A stretch of DNA of 40,955 nt from Acidimicrobiales bacterium (GTDB lineage Bacteria; Actinomycetota; Acidimicrobiia; Acidimicrobiales; Bog-793): NCBI GenBank assembly GCA_035533675.1, contig DATLTI010000322.1, positions 1 through 40,955 of the forward strand, given 5' to 3'. The notes beneath the pieces were generated by a model that was not told the DNA's origin, searched no databases, and saw only the letters and a list, made by a program, of their open reading frames with translations. Below, one piece after another: positions 18,225 to 26,503 of the stretch (positions are counted from its first letter, which is position 1; every line of letters starts with the position of its first letter). The translations under genes were made by a program, and so were the position numbers.

Positions 18225-18341
18225 ATCGCGCACGACGAGCCCGAATTTGTCACAGAATTGCGAGGAAAACGCACTACGAGGGGAAACGTGGTGGAGGTGA
18301 GCGGACTCGAACCGCCGACTTCCACGTTGCGAAAATGGATT
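18225..18341 (-). repeat. Copy B of the motif-X + tRNA-Ala(CGC) 3'-half-like repeat (best preserved, encodes the CCA end)
   Basis: Minus strand: AATCCATTTTCGCAACGTGGAAGTCGGCGGTTCGAGTCCGCTCACCTCCACCA. It contains the anticodon loop TTCGCAA, the T-arm GGCGG-TTCGAGT-CCGCT, and the acceptor 3' strand CACCTCC with U70. Positions 18291-18341 are 51/51 identical to 26506-26556. Motif X (atcgcgcacgacgag) lies 53 nt away. Confidence 0.8.
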
Positions 18342-18455
18342 GGAGAACTCTGATACCAGCGCTCTTGAGAGATCACCGCGGCGACGGAAGGCAATCCGCG
18401 ACATTGGGTGGCGCCCTAACGAAACATCGGCCGAATCGAACGCTGTCTGCGTTGA

Positions 18456-18773
18456 TCAGGTATCAGGGTTTGGCGCGCCAAGCTCCCGTATAACCAAGAC
18501 GTGGTGAGCGAGCCGAAGGAGCCAACAGGCGGCGACCAGTTGACCGATATTCTTGGCCACCTCGTCGAAATTCCCTATCCTGACAAGATCTTCTCTCCCC
18601 AAGTTATTGCGATCAAGTTCGAGCTTGTTGCGAACTACCTCCCAGATCGCCGATGTGCTATCAACGGATGCGTACGACCGCCCAGGCACTGCTAGAAGGC
18701 CTTCCGCACGGTACCGGTGGCCCAGAGCGCCCCATAATCGCCGAAGTATGTCGTGCCCTCCAACAAGTGCCAC
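18456..18773 (-). CDS. Hypothetical protein (GTG start 3 nt after the upstream stop)
   Basis: 105-aa ORF, in frame with 18777..19256 and separated from it by a single TGA plus one codon. No recognisable family. Confidence 0.4.
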   Translation of the reverse strand: MALVGGHDILRRLWGALGHRYRAEGLLAVPGRSYASVDSTSAIWEVVRNKLELDRNNLGREDLVRIGNFDEVAKNIGQLVAACWLLRLAHHVLVIRELGAPNPDT

Positions 18774-18776
18774 ATC

Positions 18777-19256
18777 TCATTCATCGAGTTCTGCTAATAC
18801 CTCACCGATAATTTTTGTTGTCTGGTGGGCAGGGAGCGGATCCCCGCCTTCCGCTTGCGCAACCTCAGCCGAGAAAGCTTCGACGGCATGAACTCCGCCG
18901 ACAAGCACATGCCGTAGTGCTTCGCCGCTCGCTTGGGGATCTTCGAGTGCCTCCACTGCCCGGGCGACCGCATGGTCGGGAGAGGTTGAGACAGCATGAA
19001 CAACGCTCATTGCTTCTTCTCGACCGGTCGCTGTTGAAACGACCGACTCTCGACCAGGGTTTTGCTGAAGGTCCCACTCGACTAGCGCTTCGTCGTATCC
19101 ACCTTCACCTGGATGGAGCAAATGGGTCGCGGGAACCGCGCTCGGCTCAGCATCATCGCCTCCTGAAGACGAACCCGCGACGGCGTCGACTTCGTGATGT
19201 CGGACCGCGCGCACAGGAACGACCAAGCTTCCATCTGCATTACGGACAATGTCCAT
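18777..19256 (-). CDS. Hypothetical acidic protein
   Basis: 159-aa ORF with an AAAGGAG RBS 8 nt upstream of the ATG at 19256. Confidence 0.45.
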   Translation of the reverse strand: MDIVRNADGSLVVPVRAVRHHEVDAVAGSSSGGDDAEPSAVPATHLLHPGEGGYDEALVEWDLQQNPGRESVVSTATGREEAMSVVHAVSTSPDHAVARAVEALEDPQASGEALRHVLVGGVHAVEAFSAEVAQAEGGDPLPAHQTTKIIGEVLAELDE

Positions 19257-19796
19257 ATTGCGACGCTCCTTTGAGTGGCCCCATATAAGGGGCTATGAGA
19301 ATCACTATACCCGCAGTGACTTTCGATGAGTAGCGCTAAGAGGCCCCAACCACACACCGCCAAGGCTCCATACCGAAGTACGAGGGCCCGTGGTTCTCTA
19401 TCGTCGATTTCACGCCAGGAAAGAACTGCGTCGAGCGCTCTCGATGAATCGCAGATCTACGTTCGGAGCGCTTGTGACGAATCCTGATAAGAAGATGCAT
19501 TCATCAGAGTCGCGATCTGTCTGAACCATTGCGAATGAGTGGGTTGCCTTACGTGTCACCAATCCGCCATGCATTACGACGTGTTTCCGCTTCAATTGTA
19601 GAATGCCTCACGCACGTGCTTTGGTTCTGGAGGTCTTGTCGTTGTCAACAACATGTTCACAACTCTTGCCACCTTTGTATTCACGCGTTAAGAGTCGCCG
19701 CGGGTTTACTGAAGACGTGGCGAATCATTGTGAGTAGGTCGGGCTAGTGCCAACAATGTGGGTCGAGCATCAACTGTGACCCCTGGGAGTATCTGC

Positions 19797-20387
19797 TCAG
19801 CCATCATCCTTGAGCGCTATGCGGAGGTCCTTTCTGGCTCGCTCGATCTGCTTTCGCACTGTTGACTCGGCGATATGGAGCGTGCCCGCAGCATCTTTTG
19901 TCGACATTCCAACGATGAGACAGAGCACAGCACAGCGTCGACGAGCAGCCGGCATCGTCTTCAGTCCCATTTCGATCCCAACATGCAGTGTCGCCTCGTC
20001 GTCGACAGTGGGCGTCGCGTGCTCTTCCACGAGCGGGGGCTTGCGAAATGACGAGCGCCGCGTCAGACGGAAAGCGACGCGGTAGACGTAGCCGGCGGGA
20101 TTGGTGCCACTGCGAACCCGATCCCAGTGAACAAGGGCTCTGGCGAACGCCTCTTGGGCCACATCTTCTGCGCTCGGTCGGCTCGCGCCCGAGAGCTCGA
20201 GCGCTCTCACGAGTCGCGGATAGTGTGCCTTGTACGTCGCGACGAAGTCTTCATCGACGGCGTCGAAATCTACGAGTGCATCACCAAGATCATCTCCTTC
20301 GGAGGAGCTCTCGGCGACGGAGGCTTCGTCCATAATTGCTAGCTGAGCACGTCTCCGGACGTTCGTCGCGTCATCGAACGCGTTCAT
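19797..20387 (-). CDS. ECF-type sigma-70 family RNA polymerase sigma factor
   Basis: ORF 19797..20456. The ATG at 20387 overlaps the upstream stop (ATGA at 20384-20387). Region 2: YKAHYPRLVRALELSGASRPSAEDVAQEAFARALVHWDRV...NPAGYVYRVAFRLTRR. Region 4: MPAARRRCAVLCLIVGMSTKDAAGTLHIAESTVRKQIERARKDL. Confidence 0.85.
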   Translation of the reverse strand: MNAFDDATNVRRRAQLAIMDEASVAESSSEGDDLGDALVDFDAVDEDFVATYKAHYPRLVRALELSGASRPSAEDVAQEAFARALVHWDRVRSGTNPAGYVYRVAFRLTRRSSFRKPPLVEEHATPTVDDEATLHVGIEMGLKTMPAARRRCAVLCLIVGMSTKDAAGTLHIAESTVRKQIERARKDLRIALKDDG

Positions 20388-21499
20388 TTCGAGCTTGTCG
20401 TCGGCTGACCGGCGCTGGGTCCGGTCTGGGATTGACCTCCAATCGGCGCCAAGCACGCTTGAGGTTGCGCGATTGCGTCATCGTCATTGATGGTCGCGGT
20501 GGCGATTGTGTTCCCGGAGCTGTCAAGAGCGGTAACGGCCGCTGGCAGGGGCGTACTACCGTCGTCCGCGAACACGGCCCAGCCACTTACGACGGCCATC
20601 TGTTTTGATATCCCGTCCGAGAAGCTCGCCTGCACGCTGCTCACGTCTGATGCGACGTGGACAGTCAACACCTCGATCGGCGATGCTTCGGAGACGCCGA
20701 CAGCTGAGCTGTCGAGGATCTCGAAGGGTTGACTCGGACCCGAAATGGAGATCGACGGCAACGGCACCGTCACCGCGCCAACTGCGCCGGGATTCGACAC
20801 CTCGACAACCAGTGCTTGACTGGATTCGCATGAGGTGTATATCGGTACGATCCCTGGAGATGAACGAGCCGTGTTCGACGGCATGCTCAGATTTGGCGAA
20901 GCCGCTGATGACGAAGTCGGCGGGGCCAACCCATTCGAGGCGTACGGCTGGGGTACGAAGTTGGGCGTCGTCTCCTGAAACGCTCGCACAGTGACATCGC
21001 CGAACGTTTGGACAAAGAGCTTGATCAACGGACCACTTAAACCAACCGGATAGGTGTTACCGCAGCCCTCGACCGTGCAAAGACCTGGCGCCGGCGGGGT
21101 GGCCGCAATGTTGGCGCCCGACGAGCTCGCTCCCGTGCTGGTGCTCGGAGCGGTCGTTTTCAACCACTCGAGCCCTTTCGGTGCTGGACCGAGCGCGCGG
21201 TGTTGCTTGGTCCAACCCGAGTTGGCGAGTGGGGCTTGGCCGGATTCAGACGGAGGCCCGATCGCGTTGGGCTTGAATGCCGAGGTTGTACTGCTCGTCA
21301 CTCGGGTGATCCCCGCGACACTCGCTCCGGCGAGGGCGAGGAGAATAGAGATGCCCGTGATGACCTTCAACCGACGCTCGCGGTGCCGTCGCGATCGAGC
21401 GACGATCGATCCGAGCGTGGCTGCGGTCGCTTTTCCATCGGCTTCGTCGAGAAGGCTGGAATACTCTGCTCGCTGCGTGTCCTGGTCTTCGAAGGTCAT
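20384..21499 (-). CDS. Single-pass membrane protein upstream of, and coupled to, the ECF sigma gene (candidate non-canonical anti-sigma or sensor)
   Basis: 371 aa. About 45 cytoplasmic residues, then the TM VITGISILLALAGASVAGI, then an extracytoplasmic domain of about 300 aa rich in Ser/Thr/Pro. ATGA overlaps at both ends. No HxxxCxxC motif. Confidence 0.6.
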   Translation of the reverse strand: MTFEDQDTQRAEYSSLLDEADGKATAATLGSIVARSRRHRERRLKVITGISILLALAGASVAGITRVTSSTTSAFKPNAIGPPSESGQAPLANSGWTKQHRALGPAPKGLEWLKTTAPSTSTGASSSGANIAATPPAPGLCTVEGCGNTYPVGLSGPLIKLFVQTFGDVTVRAFQETTPNFVPQPYASNGLAPPTSSSAASPNLSMPSNTARSSPGIVPIYTSCESSQALVVEVSNPGAVGAVTVPLPSISISGPSQPFEILDSSAVGVSEASPIEVLTVHVASDVSSVQASFSDGISKQMAVVSGWAVFADDGSTPLPAAVTALDSSGNTIATATINDDDAIAQPQACLAPIGGQSQTGPSAGQPTTSSK

Positions 21500-21972
21500 C
21501 GCGTCAGCGCCCTAGCTCGTACACAACTTCTACTTGAACCGACAGTCGTTCGGCTCCCTACTCGACCGAAATCGCGGATTTCGCCGCCGTCTGCGGAAGC
21601 GTCGAAGCTCTCGGACAATGAAGGGGCTGTCATCTGCTCCTCGTCGGTGATCTTCATGACCGGGCAATGTCGTGGAAAGTGACGGTTGCGTGTGCCGCTG
21701 ACCCTGGACTGCTCGCAACTGCCGCGCCATTCGCCAGCAGAATCTCCGAGCATTGCTCCGCTCGCGTTGAGCCTGCTGCGATTAGGGCTGCGGGCCTCCA
21801 TCAAGGACTCTGTTCGGTGGTGAATCATGTGCTTTCGGCTTTCTAGACAGTCGGAGAACTTCTCCTTCACTACTAAAAAGCCCCGAGTGACCCTGTTCGC
21901 GTACAGGTACCTGAGCATTCTGATCAAGATGCCAGTCGGTGACGGCGGCGAGAGGATCGCCGCACCGAACAT
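21496..21972 (-). CDS. Doubtful ORF, ATGA-coupled to the membrane protein gene
   Basis: 158-aa ORF whose composition is not protein-like (Arg/Ser-rich) and which has no convincing RBS. Only the stop/start overlap at 21496-21499 supports it. Confidence 0.2.
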   Translation of the reverse strand: MFGAAILSPPSPTGILIRMLRYLYANRVTRGFLVVKEKFSDCLESRKHMIHHRTESLMEARSPNRSRLNASGAMLGDSAGEWRGSCEQSRVSGTRNRHFPRHCPVMKITDEEQMTAPSLSESFDASADGGEIRDFGRVGSRTTVGSSRSCVRARALTR

Positions 21973-21976
21973 CGGC

Positions 21977-22228
21977 TCATCGAGGATGGAACGTCATGCC
22001 ATGACAACGGCTGGGCGCGTCCAGAGCCGGCGAGGGAATCATCGTTGGGTTAGAAGGACGATCCCAATCTCCGTTCTCTATCAGTGGCTTCGCGCCCGTA
22101 GAGCGTCCGAGTAGTAGTTTCAATGTTGCGGGGCACGCCTGGCACGCTGTGACGTGCGTCACTCTGGTGGAGGTTCGTGGGTCGTATTCGAACTTCACTG
22201 ACCTAAAGAAACGCGTCAACGCGCTCAC
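21977..22228 (-). CDS. Doubtful 83-aa ORF carrying an HxxxCxxC (zf-HC2 anti-sigma-like) motif; it overlaps repeat copy F
   Basis: GTG start at 22228. The peptide is FEYDPRTSTRVTHVTACQACPATL. The same DNA is a degenerate member of the D/E/F repeat family, so the motif may be fortuitous. Confidence 0.25.
   Translation of the reverse strand: MSALTRFFRSVKFEYDPRTSTRVTHVTACQACPATLKLLLGRSTGAKPLIENGDWDRPSNPTMIPSPALDAPSRCHGMTFHPR
22089..22198 (-). repeat. Copy F of the motif-X + tRNA-like 3'-end repeat (degenerate, D/E subtype)
   Basis: Plus strand: ttcgcgcccgtagagcgtccgag, 65 nt to ggaggt, then tggtggaggttcgtgggtcgtattcgaacttcac. Confidence 0.6.
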
Positions 22229-22248
22229 ATCTGACTCGTCACATCACG

Positions 22249-22274
22249 AACGATAAGTGAAATAACGCAGTTCC
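22249..22274 (-). promoter_or_regulatory. ECF-type promoter candidate GGAAC-N17-CGTT
   Basis: Minus strand: GGAAC(22274-22270)-TGCGTTATTTCACTTAT-CGTT(22252-22249), 20 nt upstream of the GTG at 22228. It overlaps a 7-bp hairpin (AACGCAG/CTGCGTT, 22264-22286) that could instead terminate the giant gene. Confidence 0.45.
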
Positions 22275-22303
22275 TGTACCTGCGTTGCTCCGGATAAGCG
22301 CCG

Positions 22304-25300
22304 TCAGGCTACCCCAACGATCGATGCGCGGGGGATGACACGACCCGTCGAGATGGGGCCATATCGCCGAGCATCGCCGAAGGCGAATACTTCGCCGTTC
22401 GCGTCGACGAGCCAGTAGCCCTTGCCGTCTGGAGTCGTTACAACTCCAGAGATCTGGCGATGCTTCTTCGCAGGGGTTGAGCCGAAGAAGCTCGCGTCGC
22501 CGTACGCAGACACCCCGCCGTTCACGTCGACGAGCCAGTAGCCCTTGCCGTCTGGCGTTCTCGCGATCGCGTCGATCGGCGCTGACGGGCGGAGACCGCT
22601 CGATTGAAGCGAGCCGTAGAAGCTCGCGTCGCCGAACGGGTAGATGCCACCCGTCGAGTCGACGAGCCAGTAGCCCTTACCGTCTGGCGTCGTCGCGATC
22701 GCGACGACCGTCGCGAGCGGCGCTGTTGTGAGCGAGCCGTAGAAGCTCGCGTCGCCGAAGGCGAACACGCCACCTACTCGTGTGACGAGCCAGTAACCGC
22801 GTCGATCTGGAAGCGCTGCGATCCCGGCAATCGGGTCCATGGGACGAAGGTCACTCGTCGGTAGCGAGCCATAGAATCGGGCATTGCCGAGACGGTGCAC
22901 CGCACCGTTGGCACCGGCGAGCAGCAGGTGAGCGCCTCCGAGGTAATGGCTCGGGACGACGAACACCGTGCCGACAAGCTGTCCGAGGTTCGGCGCGCTC
23001 TTGCGAGTGACCGTCACGGTGGTGCACGATCCGCGACCGCTCGGCGGACTCTGATGAAATGCTCGGCGTACGCCGCGATCGTGGGCATCCCACCACAGCA
23101 CCTTGAGCCCCCTCGGCAGCCCACAGAGCGTGACGCTCACCCGGGAAAACGCGCTTCCCGGAAGGATGGAGAGGTCGTAGTACGTACCACCGGTCGCGAT
23201 TGCCGGAATCGGGTTGCTCAGATACTTCCCGGCGGCGAGGGTCCCCTTACCCGTGCCTTCGGCGCGGACAGAGCCTCGGACACCCCCTCTGCCGATCGAA
23301 ATGGTCACGGTTTTCCTCGGTGAACTCGACGTCGCCTGCTTGTAGCTGTCGAGCGCGGCGCCAACAGGTACAACCTCGTTCGAGGAAGCCACCGCGCCTG
23401 TCCCGATCAGGGTGGTCGCAGCAACGCGGAAGGTGTAGACGTCGCCAGCGGCGAGACCGCCGATCGTCACCGTGATCGTCGTCACGACGACTTTTTGGCC
23501 AGCGGTCGAAGTCGTCAGGTCGAACGGGACAACGGCGTACGAGATCACCGGGCTGCCCCCGTCGATGCTCGGCGGATCCCAGCTCACGACCGCACGGTCC
23601 ACGAGGGACTCGCCCGAGGTCGCGAGGGCTTGCACGTCAATCGGGGCACTGGGCACGCTGCCATAGCCGAACTGATCTGCCGACGAGGTCACCGAGGTGC
23701 CGTTGGCCGTCGTGACCGTGAGGTTCACGGTCCCGGTGCCGGCCGGGCTCGTTGCGGTGATCGAGGTAGCTGAGACCACGACAACGCTCGTGGCCGCGGT
23801 TCCGCCGAAGGAGACGGTCGCGCCCGAGGCGAAGTTCGTCCCGGTGATCGTGACGCCCGTCCCACCGCTCGTTGTCCCGGCGTCGGGCGAGATCGCGGTC
23901 ACGGTCGGAGCTCCGTAGGAGAACAGGTCCGCCCCTGAGGGCGGGGAGGGTCCGTTGCTCGTCGAGACGGTCACGTCGACCGTCCCGGTGCCGGCTGAGC
24001 TTGTCGCGGTGACCGCAGTAGCAGAGACGACAACAACGCTCGTCGCTCTGATCGAACCGAAGAACACGGTCGCGCCCGAGGCGAAGTTCGTCCCGGTGAT
24101 CGTGACGGCCGTCCCCCCGTTCGCTGGCCCGGCATCGGGCGAGACCGCGGTCACCGTCGGACCGACGCTGCCGTAGGTGAAGAGGTCCGTCGCCGAGATT
24201 GCCGAAGTGCCGTCGTTTGTCGTCACCGTGACCTGGACGGTGCCGCTCCCCGCCGGGGGGCTGGTCGCGGTTATGAAAGTGGACGAGTCAAAGACAACGT
24301 TCGTCGCTCTGATCGAACCGAAGAGAACGATCAACCCCGAGGCGAAGTTCGTCCCGGTGATCGTGACGGCCGTGCCGCCCGAGGTCGACCCGGCGTCGGG
24401 AAAGACCGCGGTCACCGTCGGTGCCCCATAGGAGAAAAGGTCCGCCCCCGAGGTCACCGAGGGGCCGTTGGCCGTCGTGACCGTGACGTTGACGGTCCCG
24501 GTGCCGGCCGGGCTCGTTGCGGTGATCGAGGCGGCAGAGACGACGACAACGCGCGTCGCCGCGGTTCCGCCGAAGGAGACCGTCGCGCCCGAGGCGAAGT
24601 TCGTCCCGGTGATCGTGACGGCCGTGCCGCCCGAGGTCGACCCGGCGTCGGGAGAGACCGCGGTCACCGTCGGTGCCCCATAGGAGAAGAGGTCCGCCCC
24701 CGAGGTCACCGAGGTGCCGTTGCTCGTCGTGACCGTGACGTCGACCGTCCCGGTGCCGGCCGGACTCGTCGCGCTGATCGAGGTGGACGAGTAGACAGTG
24801 ACGCCCGTCGCCGCGGTTGCGCCGAAGGCGACGATCATGCCCGAGGCGAAGTTCGTCCCGGTGATCGTGACGGCCGTCCCGCCCGAGGTCGACCCGGCGT
24901 CGGGAGAGACGGCGCTCACCCCAGGGATAGTGCCGTAGAGGAAAAGGTCGCTCCCCGAGACCGCCGAGGTGCCGTTGCTCGTCGTGACCGTGACGTCAAC
25001 CGTCCCCGAGGAGCCAGCCGGGCTCTTCGCGGTTACCGAGGTCGACGAGACGACGGTGACGCTCGTCGCTGCTCTCCCGCCGAAGGACACCGTTGCGCCC
25101 GAGGCGAAGTTCGTCCCGGTGATCGTGACGCTCGTGCCGCCCGAGGTCGACCCGGCGTCGGGAGAGACGGCGCTCACGGTCGGTGGCGCCGTGCCGTAGA
25201 GGAAAAGGTCGCTCCCCGAGGTCACCGAGGTGCCGTTGCTCGTCGTGACCGTGACGTCGACCGTCCCGGTGCTGGCCGGACTCGTCGCGCTGATCGAGGT

Positions 25301-25849
25301 GGACGAGTTGACGACGACCCCCGTCGCCGCGGTGGTGGCGAACTTCACGGTCGTGCCCGAGGCAAAGTCCGTCCCGGTGATCGTGACGGCCGTCCCGCCC
25401 GAGATCGACCCGGCGTCGGGAGAGACCGCGCTCACCGTCGGTGTCCCGTAGGAGAAGAGGTCTGCCCCCGAGGTCGCCGAGGTCTGACCGCCGACGATGA
25501 CGGTCACGTCGACGGTGCCGCTCCCCGCCGGGCTCGTTGCGCTGCAGCTCGTCGTCGAAGCACAGCTCACGCCCGTGGCGGGCGCGGTGGCGAAGTCGAC
25601 GGTCGTCGCACCGCTGGTCGTCGAGAACCCGGTCCCGGTGATTGTCACGCTCGTCCCACCCGAGGTCGATCCGGCGTCAGGCAAGACGGAGCTGACGGTC
25701 GGTGGCGGAGCGGCACTGGCGGGCAGAACGTCTACCAGTGCAGGAGCGACAAGCGCGACGAACAGGATCGCGATGAGAGCGATGCCGCGCCGTCTCCGCT
25801 GGTAGCCGCCGAACGAGCGCTCGAACATGATCTGAATACCGCTCGCCAT
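22304..25849 (-). CDS. Giant cell-surface protein: signal/TM + 8 IPT/TIG repeats + FN3 + unknown domain + about 5 propeller-like GYWLV..FGDA.FYGS repeats
   Basis: ORF 22304..25954 (1216 aa); the likely start is MASGIQIMFERSFGGYQRRRRGIALIAILFVALVAPALV at 25849. There are eight repeats of P.V.AVSPDAGSTSGGTAVTITGTNFASGATV.FG...AT.V.VVS.TSITATSPAGTGTV.VTVTT.NG.S. The FN3-like segment is APIDVQALATSGE...VSWDPPSIDGGSPVISY...YTFRVAA. The tail contains TPDGKGYWLVDSTGGIYPFGDASFYGS. Confidence 0.9.
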   Translation of the reverse strand: MASGIQIMFERSFGGYQRRRRGIALIAILFVALVAPALVDVLPASAAPPPTVSSVLPDAGSTSGGTSVTITGTGFSTTSGATTVDFATAPATGVSCASTTSCSATSPAGSGTVDVTVIVGGQTSATSGADLFSYGTPTVSAVSPDAGSISGGTAVTITGTDFASGTTVKFATTAATGVVVNSSTSISATSPASTGTVDVTVTTSNGTSVTSGSDLFLYGTAPPTVSAVSPDAGSTSGGTSVTITGTNFASGATVSFGGRAATSVTVVSSTSVTAKSPAGSSGTVDVTVTTSNGTSAVSGSDLFLYGTIPGVSAVSPDAGSTSGGTAVTITGTNFASGMIVAFGATAATGVTVYSSTSISATSPAGTGTVDVTVTTSNGTSVTSGADLFSYGAPTVTAVSPDAGSTSGGTAVTITGTNFASGATVSFGGTAATRVVVVSAASITATSPAGTGTVNVTVTTANGPSVTSGADLFSYGAPTVTAVFPDAGSTSGGTAVTITGTNFASGLIVLFGSIRATNVVFDSSTFITATSPPAGSGTVQVTVTTNDGTSAISATDLFTYGSVGPTVTAVSPDAGPANGGTAVTITGTNFASGATVFFGSIRATSVVVVSATAVTATSSAGTGTVDVTVSTSNGPSPPSGADLFSYGAPTVTAISPDAGTTSGGTGVTITGTNFASGATVSFGGTAATSVVVVSATSITATSPAGTGTVNLTVTTANGTSVTSSADQFGYGSVPSAPIDVQALATSGESLVDRAVVSWDPPSIDGGSPVISYAVVPFDLTTSTAGQKVVVTTITVTIGGLAAGDVYTFRVAATTLIGTGAVASSNEVVPVGAALDSYKQATSSSPRKTVTISIGRGGVRGSVRAEGTGKGTLAAGKYLSNPIPAIATGGTYYDLSILPGSAFSRVSVTLCGLPRGLKVLWWDAHDRGVRRAFHQSPPSGRGSCTTVTVTRKSAPNLGQLVGTVFVVPSHYLGGAHLLLAGANGAVHRLGNARFYGSLPTSDLRPMDPIAGIAALPDRRGYWLVTRVGGVFAFGDASFYGSLTTAPLATVVAIATTPDGKGYWLVDSTGGIYPFGDASFYGSLQSSGLRPSAPIDAIARTPDGKGYWLVDVNGGVSAYGDASFFGSTPAKKHRQISGVVTTPDGKGYWLVDANGEVFAFGDARRYGPISTGRVIPRASIVGVA
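23662..25705 (-). repeat. Eight tandem coding repeats (period 252-261 nt) encoding the IPT/TIG domains
   Basis: The 30-mer gaggcgaagttcgtcccggtgatcgtgacg recurs exactly at 23826, 24078, 24339, 24591, 24843 and 25101, and as a variant at 25359. Confidence 0.9.
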
Positions 25850-26237
25850 TACCCGGTCACCGAGGTCCGGTGCCGCAGATACCTCACGCCGCGCCGAGAC
25901 CGACCACGACCTGTGGAGGGGAACGAATAGAGCTGGCCGAAATGGGTGTACCACGGCCGCTCAGATGTGAGCACCCCCAGTTGGCCTCGACGCGATCCGA
26001 CCGTGCTGCCAGCACGTCGTGCAACACGTGACGGCATCACGATTGACCAACCGGCATCGCATGGGGACAACACAGGGTGATCCCTCCGCGGGCTCAATCA
26101 AACGAGCGACGTGGGGCCTCGGTTTCGCCTCTAGCTCCCCAACAGACCGAAGGCGACCAATGGAGTCTATTGGATCAAAGCGTGCCCATCTACTCTGGTG
26201 ACCAGCGTACCAGAAGCGAAAGATTATCGTTCGTGGG

Positions 26238-26503
26238 GTGGACATAATCGAGGCAACGATGTGTCTCGTCGCCTCGGGATCGTCCCAGCAGCGCGAACCC
26301 GAGAAGGCGTCCATCGGAACAGCGCTTCGCTTCGCGACGCGCTTTGGTCGCAGCTACCGGCGCGCCAGCGATCGCACCCGCAAGGCGTTCAACGCCGCAG
26401 TCCTCGAAGAAGTCCGCGTCCGTGACGGCCACGTGGTCGAAGCGGTGTGCCAGGCACCGTTCAATCTGCTCTTTGCAATGCCCAAGTTCAAATACTGGTC
26501 ATG
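26238..26503 (+). pseudogene. C-terminal remnant of a recombinase gene (resembles the tail of actinobacterial large serine recombinases), reading into repeat copy C
   Basis: ALRFATRFGRSYRRASDRTRKAFNAAVLEEVRVRDGHVVEAVCQAPFNLLF resembles, from memory, the ...AY..A....RR.lNqAfFe.i.v.d..v..a.l.ePF..L tail of 'recombinase family protein' entries. No N-terminal catalytic part is present, because the giant gene starts only about 300 nt away. Confidence 0.45.

Noticed and set aside
23472-25805. Series of about 70-100-aa plus-strand ORFs (e.g. MPLLVVTVTSTVP..., 23697..23918, 24969..25199).
   Set aside because: They are antisense shadows of the IPT/TIG repeats of the giant minus-strand gene. They repeat with the same period and have no independent start or RBS signals.
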